Origin: Utricularia gibba
Taxonomy: Eukaryota; Plantae; Magnoliophyta
Direction: 5' to 3'
NCBI GenBank assembly: GCA_002189035.1
Contig: NEEC01000027.1
Coordinates: forward strand, 496,001 to 560,000
DNA: 64,000 nucleotides
Shown here: piece after piece, positions 50,186 to 62,479 of the stretch
How the letters are laid out: each line of letters starts with the position of its first letter
How positions within the stretch are numbered: the first letter of the stretch is position 1
Notes under the pieces: model-generated
Told to the model about the DNA's origin: nothing
Database searches by the model: none
What the model saw: the letters and a program-made list of their open reading frames with translations, nothing else
Made by a program: the position numbers and the translations under genes

Positions 50186-52286
50186 ATGGGAGTGACTGCG
50201 TCGATCGCTGCTAAGTTCGCCTTTTTCCCGCCTAACCCGCCCTCTTACACTGTTATCGAAGACGAGATGCGTGGAGGAGCACTCCGGATACCCGAGTTGC
50301 CCCCGAGAGAGGGCGTCCAAGTATTGAAGCTGAGGACGCGAAGAGGTAACGACGTCGTCGCCGTGCACATCAGGCATCCTAAATCCACTGCTACGGTACT
50401 GTACTCACATGGCAACGCCGCTGATTTGGGCCAGATGTTTGAGCTGTTCGTCGAGATTACCCGGCGTCTACGGATCAATCTGATTGGGTACTTTTTCCCG
50501 CGTGTGCCCATTCTTACTTAGGGTTAAACTTACTCCGACTTCTTGAATAATTCTGCAATGAAATTTGTGGTCTACTCAAAATGTTTAAGGATATTATAAT
50601 GCTTGTTGTCCCCTCTCTTTTAAAGAAAAGGCGATCTTGTAATGGTTAACAACAAAAATGCACATTGAAGTTAAAATTCATAGCTTGATAGCCATTAGAG
50701 ATGTGCATTGGTTGTCACCGTTCTTATGTTTAGGTGGTGGCTTTCATGTTGCTGGTTTTATTTTAGAAGTTGTGGTCTATATCTTCGAAGGAGGAGTTCG
50801 TTACTGATATTTTTCTTGTATGATTCTAATACTGATATATTCAAGTCTTGTTTTATTACTGGAAATTTGTTTACCAAGGGTTCCAACTTCAATCAGCTGA
50901 ACTTCTTTTTCTCCCAATGCTACTTCTACTTTACCAGATGGAAACTAAACATGTTTTTCTGCTGTGCATTTCAATGTGCTTTCTAACGTGTTAGTTGCTT
51001 TTGTTCCTTTCAGTTACGACTACTCAGGCTATGGACAGTCCACTGGCAAGGTGAGATTAATACTTGAATTTCTTTGCTTGTGCCTAACTTGTGTTTATCA
51101 CAGTACTTTATGCTTTTTGCACATTGGTTGTTTGATGTAGTGCTTAACAAACATTCTTTCCATTGCATCATATATCATTCAGCGCTTCATCCAGCATTGT
51201 CATGTCTCGCTTCTTGTGTCTTTCCGATGATATTTCACCTGAAGACTATAAACTTAATGTGCCGTGATCTCACTGTTTCTTTGAATGAAAAAAATTGCAT
51301 TCTTCTTGTTTCGGCTTTCTTTTGCTCTTTCCATGGATCAAATATGCAAACTTCCTACATGAATTTGTCGTGTTTTTTTTAGTTTTATGTAACGTGACAC
51401 AAGAATCCATTTCCTTTGAAACAGCCAACTGAATGTAATACATACGCAGACATTGATGCTGTATATGAGTGCTTGAAGGAGCAGTATGGTGTTAAAGATG
51501 AGCAGTTAATACTATATGGTCAATCAGTTGGTAGTGGTCCCACCATTGATTTAGCCTCACGTGTATCCAACTTGAGAGGTGTAGTTTTACACAGCCCAAT
51601 TTTATCTGGTATAAGGGTATTGTACCGGGTGAAGAGGACATTTTGGTTCGATATTTACAAGGTAATTGCCTTCATATATATTTCTATAGATTCGATTGCT
51701 CAGGTTTCCTCAAGTTTCCACATTCATGGCAGAACATAGACAAAATTGGTGCTGTGGAGTGTCCAGTTCTTGTTATTCATGTAAGTTGGCATTTCATTAT
51801 GAATGATATGGTATCATACTTCCTGTTTCCCTTTCCAGGGATGCAGTATGTATTGTGCAATAAAAAGACTGATCTAGAGACTCCCATTTCTAGGGTACTG
51901 CTGATGAAGTTGTTGATTGCTCCCATGGTAAGAAGCTCTGGGAGCTTTGCAAGGAAAAATATGAACCATTGTGGGTAACTGGAGGGGGGCATTGCAACCT
52001 CGAGCTATATCCAGAATTCATAAAACATCTGAAGAAGTTTGTACTGACTCTTGGAAGATCGAAGCCATCCATGAGTAACCCAGCGACAGTGCCTGAAGAT
52101 AGGTCTGTTGAAGTTGGAGGTACAGATGCAGTCGAGGTGGAGAATGTTGTTCCTGAATTTTCTAGGAATAGCTTGGATAGTCGCCTAGACAAGTTTAAGA
52201 AGGCTGAGAGGCCGGAGAAATCAAGAACGAGTATAGATCATCTTGACAGATTATTCAGGAGAGTGAAGGGAGGTTGCATTCCCTGA
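50186..52286 (+). CDS. ABHD17-like alpha/beta hydrolase (protein de-S-acylase family)
   Basis: [82 protein letters not shown]. Confidence 0.93.
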
Positions 52287-53705
52287 TCATCCGTGGACAA
52301 TCAGTTGGTTGCTTGTTTCCCAAAAAGGGGGCTGTGTGTTAGAGAGGCGAGAAAGCATGCTTTGTGAGTTATGTGTTTGATTTGAGTTTGAAGAGTGTTG
52401 AGATGATGCTCCATACCACAAATCTGTATATCTGTACATGTTCCTGACAAAACTTTCAGCTGGAAACGACTCTGTATCATTATCATTTGCCTGGTCCCAG
52501 TTTTCACTCAGCTGGTTAAACGGTAAGTTGAACAAATACTTAACCAGACAATTGTTTAATCATTGCTTGGGCATCTTTCAAGTAGTGTGGTGCCTACATA
52601 CGAAGTATGTGCATCTGCACTCATGTGTTACGTCTTGGTCCAAGTATGGGTTGGAGTGAAGAGTGCCTGGCCTCCTATAAAAGGGTGGTATGCACTTGAG
52701 CCTGCAACAGAACTGTTCCTTCTTTGGCATTACCAGCCCAGAATGAAGATCTTCTTCTCCGGGACAGGCCTAATGGTTGCATTTCTAGGACTGCTGCTAC
52801 TACTTCTCACCCCATGTCTTGGTAACATTCTCGCCAGTATAGAGTCACTTTCCATAACCTGACTGATGCATTTCTTCTGTCTGCACACCCGGCTCCGAAC
52901 AGGGCAGCAGCAGCAGAAGCTCAGGTACTGCCATGCCCCGCCCCTGGCGAGGAGAGGCTCGTGCAGGTCGGGCCTGGACAGGAGCTGCATCTTCATCGTT
53001 CTGGGGGAGTACGCGGCAAGTGTGATGCCGAGACACATAAGATGCGTGGAGGTGGGGCGCAACCGGAGCAGATGCATCTGCGACATCGTCTGCAGATGAA
53101 TGAACAACTCCTGGGAGAAGGTCGGATTCAGGAATGGCTGCTGAATGAAGTAAGAAGGGTGATGGTATTAGCAGAAGAAGCATGATGGCGTCACATGTAA
53201 CTCTGGATCTCCCGGGCAAGGGGGACCATTCCCATGTGAGATCTACTGCACCTGCAATAAAATCAATATTCGTACATAAAGAACACACACATTTAACGCC
53301 TCCTGGGCACGCCACCGACCCAGCCGCAGTCTAAAAGTGTGAGCTGCGGTCAATCTGATCCGCTCAGCATGTCACTTCCAGTCAACCAAAACGGACACCA
53401 TGTGCCTGATGCGATCCCGGCGGTGACTGCTGTCCAAAGAAAGGCACAAACTTGTCGATGTGGCGACACAAGGCACAGACCTCTCTGACAGAGAAGAGAA
53501 GCGGAGAGGAGAAGGCAAGAGTCAGAAAACAGAACAGAAGGAGAGGGACATGTGATGCCAATCTCATCATCAAGCTCCTAACTAACGATTTGTTGGCACA
53601 ACTAAACCAAACAGCACCGCAATTCATTTCATGAAACGTCTCTCTCATCCAAGTCCAACAAGCATGTGAAGAAGAAGCAGAAAGACAAAAAAGAACACCT
53701 TGGGT

Positions 53706-53725
53706 GGATGGATGGATGGATGGAT
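53706..53725. repeat. (GGAT)5 microsatellite
   Basis: Read directly from the sequence. Confidence 0.9.
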
Positions 53726-53750
53726 GGGAGGGTATGGGATTCTTCTACTT

Positions 53751-54500
53751 TCAGTTCCTCCTGTTGGTCCGGGAGGGGAATATGGAACCGAGGCAGAAGA
53801 GATTGGATGGCGGAAGGACGTTGAGTACCGGCTGGAATTTCACCCCAGAGTAATAAGAACTTGCACAGGGGTAATTGCTGCTGCTGCTGCTGTTCTTGGG
53901 CTTGAATTTCCAGAGTGGCCTTGAGGAGGAGGAGGCACTAGGATTGGAATACGAAGCTGTGATGCTCCTGTCTCTCTGGTTTTTAAGAAGGTACTTGCTG
54001 TGGAGCTCAACGGAGGGCCGTTGTTGTTTCCTGGAGGCGTTGGAGCCTGTGGAGAAGCTTCTAGAGAGAAGGGGCAGCGGACACAGGCTACTCCCACTGT
54101 AACCCACTCCGCAGTTGAGACTGGAGCTTCGCCTGAACAGCCACGAAGACTTGGGCTTTTCCTCCGACCTCCTCCGATCACTAGTCTTGCGATGGGTTGG
54201 TGGCTCTTCAACTTCAACTTGGCCCGGTGGTGGGATTGGGGGAAGCTGTTTCTTGATCTTTGTCGGGAGGATCTTGCCATCCAAGAAAAGCTCGTCGGCG
54301 TAGGATGAGGATGAGGCTTCGTAGAAGTCAAGATTCTGTCTGAAAACGCAGAAATCAAACTCACAAGGGGAGGCCTGCGGCCGAACGTAGTTCTCCTCCA
54401 CAGGCACTGCTTCTGATTGGCGGTGAAGATCATGGGAGAAGGAGATACGGGGGCTGCTCATCCTCGAGATGGGGCTCTCTGGAAACGCATCAATCGCCAT
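53751..54500 (-). CDS. Uncharacterised Ser-rich plant protein with SPRISFS / EFDF / ADELF-GKILP motifs, single exon
   Basis: SSPRISFSHDL..CEFDFC..SYADELFLDGKILP..WLFRRSSSLN..LLSRSFSTGS..PVLNV, a recurrent plant-specific motif set. Confidence 0.85.
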   Translation of the reverse strand: MAIDAFPESPISRMSSPRISFSHDLHRQSEAVPVEENYVRPQASPCEFDFCVFRQNLDFYEASSSSYADELFLDGKILPTKIKKQLPPIPPPGQVEVEEPPTHRKTSDRRRSEEKPKSSWLFRRSSSLNCGVGYSGSSLCPLPLLSRSFSTGSNASRKQQRPSVELHSKYLLKNQRDRSITASYSNPSASSSSRPLWKFKPKNSSSSSNYPCASSYYSGVKFQPVLNVLPPSNLFCLGSIFPSRTNRRN

Positions 54501-56069
54501 ACTTTTCCTACCAAACACAACACCAACAGAAGAATAAGAATCCACCACACCACAACACCTCAATCTGAAAGCAAGGAAGAACAGGCATGCATTTCAGTCG
54601 TATCATAGCAGCTGGTTTAAAAAACAAATCCAGACTCCCCTCCACCATTTATTGGGAACATGTCACATGGCATGGAACAACCTCACACCTAGCAAGGCTA
54701 GCTGCCTACCCATCCATCATAAGGTTAAAGCCTAAAGGTGGAGGTGAGGATATATACACGATACAGTGGTGCTGCCTTTTCTCAACCACTGTCTCTGTGT
54801 TTTGGGGTTTTTAAGAGTATGATTTAAATCAAAAGCTGGTGGTATAGGAATAACCCAGTACCCACTTTGCGTTTTGAAAAAATGTGCACAACACATGTAA
54901 GGGAATGGAGAAGCATTACCTTCCACACAAGGCAATGTTGACTTGAATTAAGGTAAAGGTGGTGGAAAAAGGCAATGCCTTTCACTTGCCATATGAGTTT
55001 CCAGTTCTCTACGTGTGGGAGCCGGGAGGGTCATAAGAGAAACGCCAGAAGGCAGAACCGAATCTGGTTTTGCTCTGAGAAAGAAGTGAAGGTGCTGGTG
55101 ATTTCTCAAGTGGAGGCCTTGAGCCATGACCTGAGCTCGGTGGCTTCCAACGTCTCCACGGCACAATACAACCCATTTGGCGATGCCCACAACAATACAC
55201 GTGAGATGCCAAAGGAGGAGAATAAAACAGACGGCTGGCCCCAGAACATGTAGTACGAGCGATGTTGGGGTGCACAGGATTCCACTTCATGGCCACTATA
55301 CCGCTTCACCCAAGAAATGCAAAAGCTCTTTGGCCAAAGGAGTTGAAATTCGCCAGTTGGAACAACCGCCCGTTGCTACCTAAAAGGTCAACTGCTCCGG
55401 GACCTCCACATCTTGATTGTTTAATATTCAAATGCAGGAAGCAGACACATGTATATAAAAGTCAGGAGTGGGGACTCTCACGCTGTTTTCCTTTGTTCCA
55501 TTGGACTTTCATCAACTTCCTGGTTTTCTTCTTCCTCAGGGAAGTGGGACAAGCATGGACCCCAATTTGGGGAACTCAGGAGCTTCTGCGATCACGAACA
55601 AAGGGGTTTCTTATTTCCATTGGATTCATCAAGCTTGCATTTCCTGCTGTGGGTTTTGCTTGCTGCTTTTCTGTCTTTTCCTGGATTCTGTATCATTGAG
55701 ACTGAGTACACCTCACGTAGACCCATTCTTCCTCATCTCCGTATCATACTCCAACTCATTCGTGGTTGCCTGCAATGATACTGTATACAGACCTTGTTGT
55801 TCTGCACTAAAGAATTCCGGGTCCCATGAACTAACCTCTAAAGAAATCACCGCAGAATCTACTTCGGTGTAGCGTTATATTGAGCTAGCATCATCTCTAC
55901 TGTTGTTTCATCGTCATAGATGTGCTTTTTAAACAGAACGACCAAGGGCATTACTGTTTACCAATGACTTCAAAACTAGATTAAGAGGATACCAACGTCG
56001 AGCCAATGTCAAGCAGGGTGCTTCACATTCTTCTCCAAGATACTAACCTTGGGAATTACTAAACAAGTA

Positions 56070-56991
56070 TCACGCCTCTACTACTGGGAAATCAAAGACG
56101 ACATCCTTCCCTGAAAGCCTCCTGTAGACATCGGAGAATGTTTCCAGCTTGTTCCCGGAGTCGTTCTTGGCCTTTGGATCTAAGAAAACCTGAAAATTGA
56201 ACGCCACAGAATAACTCACATCAAGAAAGCAAGATGTGGGAAATGCACAGGTGGAAAAACAAAGCAATTCGACCTTGGTGATTTTTGACCCATCTAGTCT
56301 GTGTCTGATGCGTTTTCCAATAATCTCCGCAGGATAAACAATATCTTCCAGCATAGCCTCATGCACAGCAGTCAGTGTGCGAGATCGAGGCCTTTGAACA
56401 GCAGAACCCTTTTTTGGAGGTCGCACTATCCTCCTGGTGGAAACAAGAACAACTTCCTACAAGTGCCAAAAATTCATGCATGAACAAACAAACAACCTAA
56501 AGGCGAGTGTTACGGCAAGTGAAAGGGAAGACAACAACCTTTCCACTGAACTTCTTTTCAAGTTCTCTTACAAGACGGAGATGAATCTTGCGGAATGACT
56601 TGCGCAACCGATAGGGAACATGGATAACAACAGCCTTTCTGCCTCCTGTTATATCAATCTGCCTGGAAGCGCAGATAAAGCATGATTGAAATGACCAAAA
56701 GGGGATGCAGGATAGGGAAGAAGCCCATTGAATAAATAATCCTTACAATGCAGAGTTGATAAACAGGTCCTTCAAATCACTTTTCAGATCTTGGCTCGTG
56801 TTCTCCAAGTCGAACAAGGCCTGGAGAAGCATCATGAAGGGTGCATAATGCGAGGAACCGCCAGAAACTCTATAACAACCTAGAGATATAGGTAACAGCA
56901 CGTTTCAGTAAATCACCTGAGCAACATTTTCTTCGAATTCAGTGGGCGCAGATTCCTTGTCCTTGTGAATCTTCTGCAATGCGGTATACAT
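56070..56991 (-). CDS. RPS7: 40S ribosomal protein S7 (eS7)
   Basis: [25 protein letters not shown] / ALFDLEN.. / [13 protein letters not shown] / [24 protein letters not shown] / [11 protein letters not shown]. Confidence 0.97.
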
Positions 56992-57311
56992 CTTCGCACA
57001 AAGAAAACAAGGAAGACACAGGGACGATTAAAAATGAGGACACCCAAGGAAAAAGTTTCTCATCAAATGGAAGCACTCCGCAGAAGGAAAGCCGTAAAAA
57101 TATCTCAGACCGAAGTAGCTACAGAGGCTTATCCCAACAAAGGAGATACAATATTTCACTCAAACAGGACCACAGACAAGCGATTACCCGAATCTGTTGA
57201 TTAACGACCGATATACCTGAACAAGAAATTTCCAAATTAACCATTTACCGTGAACGAGATATCCCCAGTGAAAACAGGTCAACGCCGGGCAGGAGAGCAG
57301 TGTCGTAGGAG

Positions 57312-57319
57312 AAACCCTA
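57312..57319. promoter_or_regulatory. Telo-box AAACCCTA upstream of RPS7, with a site-II-like TGGGCC nearby (57387)
   Basis: Motif pair typical of plant ribosomal-protein promoters. Confidence 0.55.
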
Positions 57320-57861
57320 TCTTCTACGCTGCCGGACAAATCTATAGGTTAACCCGAACCAGTGTAACGATGTGGGTTCCGGACACTGGGCCACGCCAGA
57401 AAAAGTCCATCCATATACGATCCAATAATACTAGAGACGAAACAAAAAGCCCCACCCATCGGAAGATGAAGAAAATTCCGATCAGGAAAAGGAAATGTAA
57501 CAGCAATAAAGGAAACCCACCAACTAGTGTCGCCGGGTCACTGCAAATCATCATATGGAACTTCTCCGTGTTTTCTTCGGCCCACAGTTACGAAAGCAGC
57601 AAAGGGATATGGATGGTGGTCGCTTTTTCGTCTCTGTACCTTTTTGCAGGGGGCCGCATATGTACAGAAAAAGATCAGTCTTCTATTGCTACTGTGTATC
57701 GGAGTAACAAGGTGGCGTGTTTTGCCACTAGCGGCGGCAAAGCATGATTTTCATTATAAGTAAGGTGATGAGCATAGCCAGGATCAGGATCTCGTCTCGG
57801 GCATTTCCATGAAGACAAGCATCGTGTTCGGGTTCGGTCTCATACAAACAAGGGCACAGAC

Positions 57862-59073
57862 TCACCCTTGTTGAATCTTAGCTTTCTTACGAGCCAAAAA
57901 CCTCTCCCTGGCTGCAGCTACATCATCCCCGCTTTTCCGATGATGCTCCTTGACTGCAGTTGCAGGCACCTCGGTGCTCTGGATTACATCACTGGACTCA
58001 GGTGCATGACCAGCAGATGGCTCATCAGTGGCCTTCACTTGCAAGCCTTCTTCAGCTTGATTCTCAGTTTCCGTCACTTGGTGCCTCTGAGGCTCGCGAG
58101 GCAGCTCGGAGCTCGAAGCTGCACATTCTTCATCACCCTTCTCGGGCCTTCTGGTATCAGCCTCCCCAGCTCCAAATGCCACATTTTTCGAGAGGTTGAA
58201 ATAAAAGTCAGTGAGGTCTGTCTTCTTGGTAACCTAGTGATTGAACAACGAGAAACATGTCAGACGATGTGAATCCATCTAAAATTTCACAGAAGATAAT
58301 GCAGCAACTCACATCATCTTTTTCCTCTCTGAGTTCTCGAAGCCTCTCTTCCTCGAGCCACTTCGCCTGCTCTGCCAACTTCTTCTTGTAAGCACCAGTC
58401 ACAAACCTATCCTTATCCGCGTACAGGTGTTCATCTTTAGTTCTCTCTTTCGCAAGCTTCCTCTCGTATATAATTTCACCCTCCCTTTGACGCAACTTCG
58501 CCTTGTCTATCAATACTTGAATGTATTTTGGCTGCAAATAACCATAGGCAAATACCCCAGATCAGGTTATAACTTTGCTTTCTCTAATAGATACAGCCTC
58601 GTAATCGAATCCCATAATGGCATACCACATACATAAACCAACCAGCATGCACACAAGAAAGCACTTATGTAAGAAGTCATATCAATCCGCAGTAAAATGC
58701 ATCCACTGAGTTGAGGCATACCTTTCTCTCTTGACGCTCTTGCAGGATTGGGCGAATCTGCTTCTCCTTCATCTTGTCATAAACCCCATCGTAATCGAAA
58801 ACAGAGGGGTCTTCTTCAAGAGCCTTCTTCAGCTGCTCTTCGACCTGAAGGCATTTAGAATGAAAGTTTATTGCTTTTTGTTCGTTTGTTTCCAAAAATG
58901 AAAGACAGACGACTTACATCTCTGTGGATTTTGCTCTTGTGAGCTTGCCGCAAGATTTCCTTCTCAACATTATCGTCGTCGTCATCGTCCGCAAAAATTG
59001 GGTTGGAAACAGGCGGATTTGGCTGTTTTTTCTCTTGCGGTTTAACCCTAAGTTGCAACCCGTACTTCTTCAT
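57862..59073 (-). CDS. NSRP1: Nuclear speckle splicing regulatory protein 1 (NSRP1/CCDC55-like)
   Basis: MKKYGLQLR, ALEEDPSVFDYDGVYD, PKYIQVLIDKAKLR, FVTGAYKKKL, ARERFLARK. Confidence 0.92.
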
Positions 59074-60154
59074 CTCTCCCTGCTCTCAAGAAAAATTTCA
59101 AAGCAAAAATCCAAATTCATCATCCCAATCTTCGATCTGCAACACTTAATTCGTAACCTAATGCAGCAAAATTGCAAGAATTTCAAAACATCACCTTCTT
59201 CTATCTCCCCCGAGGCGTCAAATTAGGGATTTCCAGTTCTTGTAGAGAAAAATTGGAAAACCTGACGCAACCTAGCTCCCTTTCTTGTCCGGAGGTAAAA
59301 TCCCCGACCACAAAATTAACCAACCGAAGATTACAGACTTCCGACAACCTGTTCGGAGCGACAGCCCACACTTATCCAGGCGGGCCAGGTAAAGCTGAAT
59401 TAACACGCATCAGTTTGGGCCAGGTTGGCACAGCGAGGCCCGCCGGGCTAAACTCGAGAATGTGGTCTACAAGTTCTTGATTGATTTATTGGTTTTTTTA
59501 TATCTTAAAATACTGATTTAAATTAATGTTTTAAAAATAGAATTTAATTGCAGTTTTTTAATGATAAGATGGTGATGAACATGAGCCTTCTATATGAGTA
59601 AGAGTTAATTCAAGTAATTCACGAGTTGACTCGTATAGAATGAATATGAATGGTTTGTGTTTAACTAGTAGAAATGGAGTCACATATTTTTTATCAAGTT
59701 TGATTCAAGTCAACTCATATTTTTTTAATATAAAACGATACTATATAGTATTATTGTTTTTCATAAGTTATGATAAATATCCATTTAGCATACATGGGAT
59801 ATTTGATAATCCTAGTGTCTTTTATAAATTGTGATAAATACTGATTATAGTATATGTGATTCATAAGCTATGACAAACATTGATGTAATATTTAATTCGG
59901 GTAAAATGGTATTATAAATCAAGTAACTTATGAATTATATATTTTTTCCGTAAATTTTGAATAGACGAGTGCGAAATCTTGAGTCTAACCAACGCCGGCG
60001 GTGGCGCATCAACTACAAAGGAACCGGGAAATGCGATGCAATCGATGTGCTGCGGAATGAGGAGTAGTTTTATTTATTGATCTCGAAGTGCATTGATTGA
60101 TTCGGAATTGGAAGAAGGGAGACGGAGTAGTAGAGTAGAGAGTCTGCAAGCCGC

Positions 60155-60855
60155 TCAGTTGGGCTTGTAGGCGATGAAGCTGCAGATCTGGACTTGGCGG
60201 ACGTTGTCGAATCCGATGATTCTGATGTGGGCATCCGGGTGAGCCTTCTTTGCCTCCAGCACTTCGGCCAGGACCTGGGACGAGTCTGTGCACCCGAACA
60301 TGGGCAGCTTCCACATCGTCCAGTACCTGCCGTCGTAGTACCCCGGCGACCTGTGGTTCTCGCGGTACACAAACGCTTCCTGCACTCCCCACGAAAATAG
60401 TTTACGAGGGCTCAAAGAAAGCGGATTTGGGAGATATTATAACGTGGCTACTCACCCCAAGTGTGAATTCGAGGCAAGGGATGAGCTTTAAGCGGAGAAG
60501 GTAGTCGATTTGCTTCGCTAGTTGCTCGGGAGTCAGGTCGGGGAGATAGGACAGGGTTTCGAACTTCTTCAGCCCCACCGTCGGCCAAACCTGCCCACCG
60601 AAACAAACCGACGCCGACATCATCGAGGTGCATGTCGTAATAAGGGCGTTCTAATTCTACTCATAGATAGTGTACCTTCATGCATTGCACTCTTCCCCCG
60701 TTGGTAGCGACGGAGGTGATGTTGTCATTGGACTTCCTGGTGATGGGGAAACCCGCCGCGGACTTAAGGCCGGTGAAGGGGGCCACCATATTGGCCTGCC
60801 CGTGTGTGGCCACTGGGCTCGCGCTCGTTGTGGAAAACAGAGTGCTGGAGGCCAT
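60155..60855 (-). CDS. RBCS: Rubisco small subunit (mesophyll type), 3 exons
   Basis: Transit peptide ..[17 protein letters not shown], then [17 protein letters not shown] and [25 protein letters not shown]. Confidence 0.97.
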
Positions 60856-60976
60856 GTCTCTCTCTGCAACTTGGAGTGGGGGAGATGGGAATGGGGTGGT
60901 GGGGGTTATGTATGTGAAGCTGCAGGGCATCCCTCGTCCGTAGGATGGACATCATGTGGCTCCTATCACTGCGTTG

Positions 60977-61028
60977 CTTATCATCAACAAGCAACCATCA
61001 GCCATCCACTTGCACAGGACACCTTATC
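60977..61028 (-). promoter_or_regulatory. Two I-boxes (GATAAG) in the RbcS proximal promoter
   Basis: CTTATC at 60977-60982 and CCTTATC at 61022-61028, 120-170 bp upstream of the ATG. I-boxes are established RbcS light-response elements. Confidence 0.6.
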
Positions 61029-62479
61029 GGAAAAACCCACTAAATGGGAGGTCACAAAGCTGGTTTCTCGTACACTGATGTTACGTTCTTCTCGTCCAAA
61101 ACCAACACCCCTTTATAGCTTTCCCTGCTCCTTGTATTTTTAAAATCCTTTCTAGTACTTAGTATGTTTATGTGCACCTGAAGTGGCTAGCTTCAAAATG
61201 ATGACGTACAACCATAAGTTAATTAGATATGATGCTGGGGGCTCAATAGGACCAGGCTTCTTCCAACAAGATCTGCAGAATAATCAACCTCCTCCTAAGG
61301 GTGCTAAAGAAGACAGGAAGGGGTATGAAGGATTGTTCAGGAGCTCACTTGGTGCTTGCTTTTTATTTTGATTTCTGTAGGGGGAGTGGGGAATGGTTGG
61401 CCAAGCCCAGCTGCCCTGAGAAGAATACATGTCTATCTATGCGGGATGCCACCTGTTATCCGGCTAGGCATGTTATGACCACTGGAATACGAGGCGCTTG
61501 TCGTGAAGTTTCCTTTAATTAAAGCTATTTTTTTTATTTTCAGCCGTGCAACTTGAGTTCAGATGTGGCGGTGGAATGTCATCCACTCACTTTCCGGCAG
61601 ATGGATTCCTTTCTCCACTCACGTGTCGCATCACATGTCTCGAGCTGTGCAATGCAAACCCAGGAAGGTAAGCTTTTGGGAACCCCGTTTTCGGCCTCAG
61701 CCACCTCCCTGAAGTCTAGGGTCCCCGGGAACCAAACCAACCAACTGACTTTTGCTGATCTGGTTTTTTTTTTCCCGCACGCTCTCTTCTAATTTCACCT
61801 AGGTTGGGTTTTCGCCCTCGCCCAAAACTTCAACTTCGGGTGCTTCCTTGTCTGTCACTTTTTCAGACTTCTCATTAACTGCAACTAAGGACTCATATTC
61901 AACTGCACCCCGTCCTTTCCCTCCACTTCACTCCCCCTTTGTTTTGTTCTCTGCAGGTTAGACCTTAACTCTCCTTGTTTCACGCTTTTATTTTGTCGCT
62001 ACTACGGTGAAGTGATGCTCTTCGATGATATCTTGACATTTTCCTGTTGGGCCTTTCCCTTTTACTACAGCTTTATTTTCTTTGGATCTGTTCGCTTCTT
62101 TCTTTTGTTTAAAGTCAGTGTTTTGAATGTTGCCTTCCTCTAACGTTGTGAATCGTCCTGCTCTGTCGCCTTGTCCGTAATCTTGCTCAATGTAGGTTTA
62201 GACTGCTGTCATGTAGGCATTTTTGCTTCCGGCAAGTTTGGAGCTATTCCCCTCTTGCAATTGTTGTGAATTTTCTAACTGAGAAAATTCCTGATGAGAA
62301 GATGACATAAACCCAAATAATGATCATATTGAATTATGTTACACTATCATCCGTTTCTTCAATCCAACCAGTGGATGTGACAGACAAGATTGGTATTTGT
62401 TGTCTTCCAGAATAGAAAAGATAAAGACTTGGAACCGTAATCTCCTTTGCACAGGAAGCTGGTTGTGAAAAAAGACTTC

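Noticed and set aside
53487-53506. TGACAGAGAAGAGAAG resembles miR156/529
   Set aside because: Several mismatches within a GA-rich tract and no complementary arm.
55440-55872. TATA-like box followed by a 134-aa ORF with a Cys/Leu-rich patch, plus a ~20-nt imperfect direct repeat
   Set aside because: No family motif; the composition fits pyrimidine-rich non-coding sequence near the RPS7 3' end.
59560-59900. AT-rich tract with GAGTTGACTCG-like words and a 20-nt imperfect direct repeat
   Set aside because: Possibly a decayed MITE, but no TIR or target-site duplication could be defined.
61249-61264. GGACCAGGCTTC-TTCC resembles miR165/166
   Set aside because: Only a 12-nt exact core. There is no star arm upstream as miR166 requires, and the weak complement near 61390 is on the wrong side.
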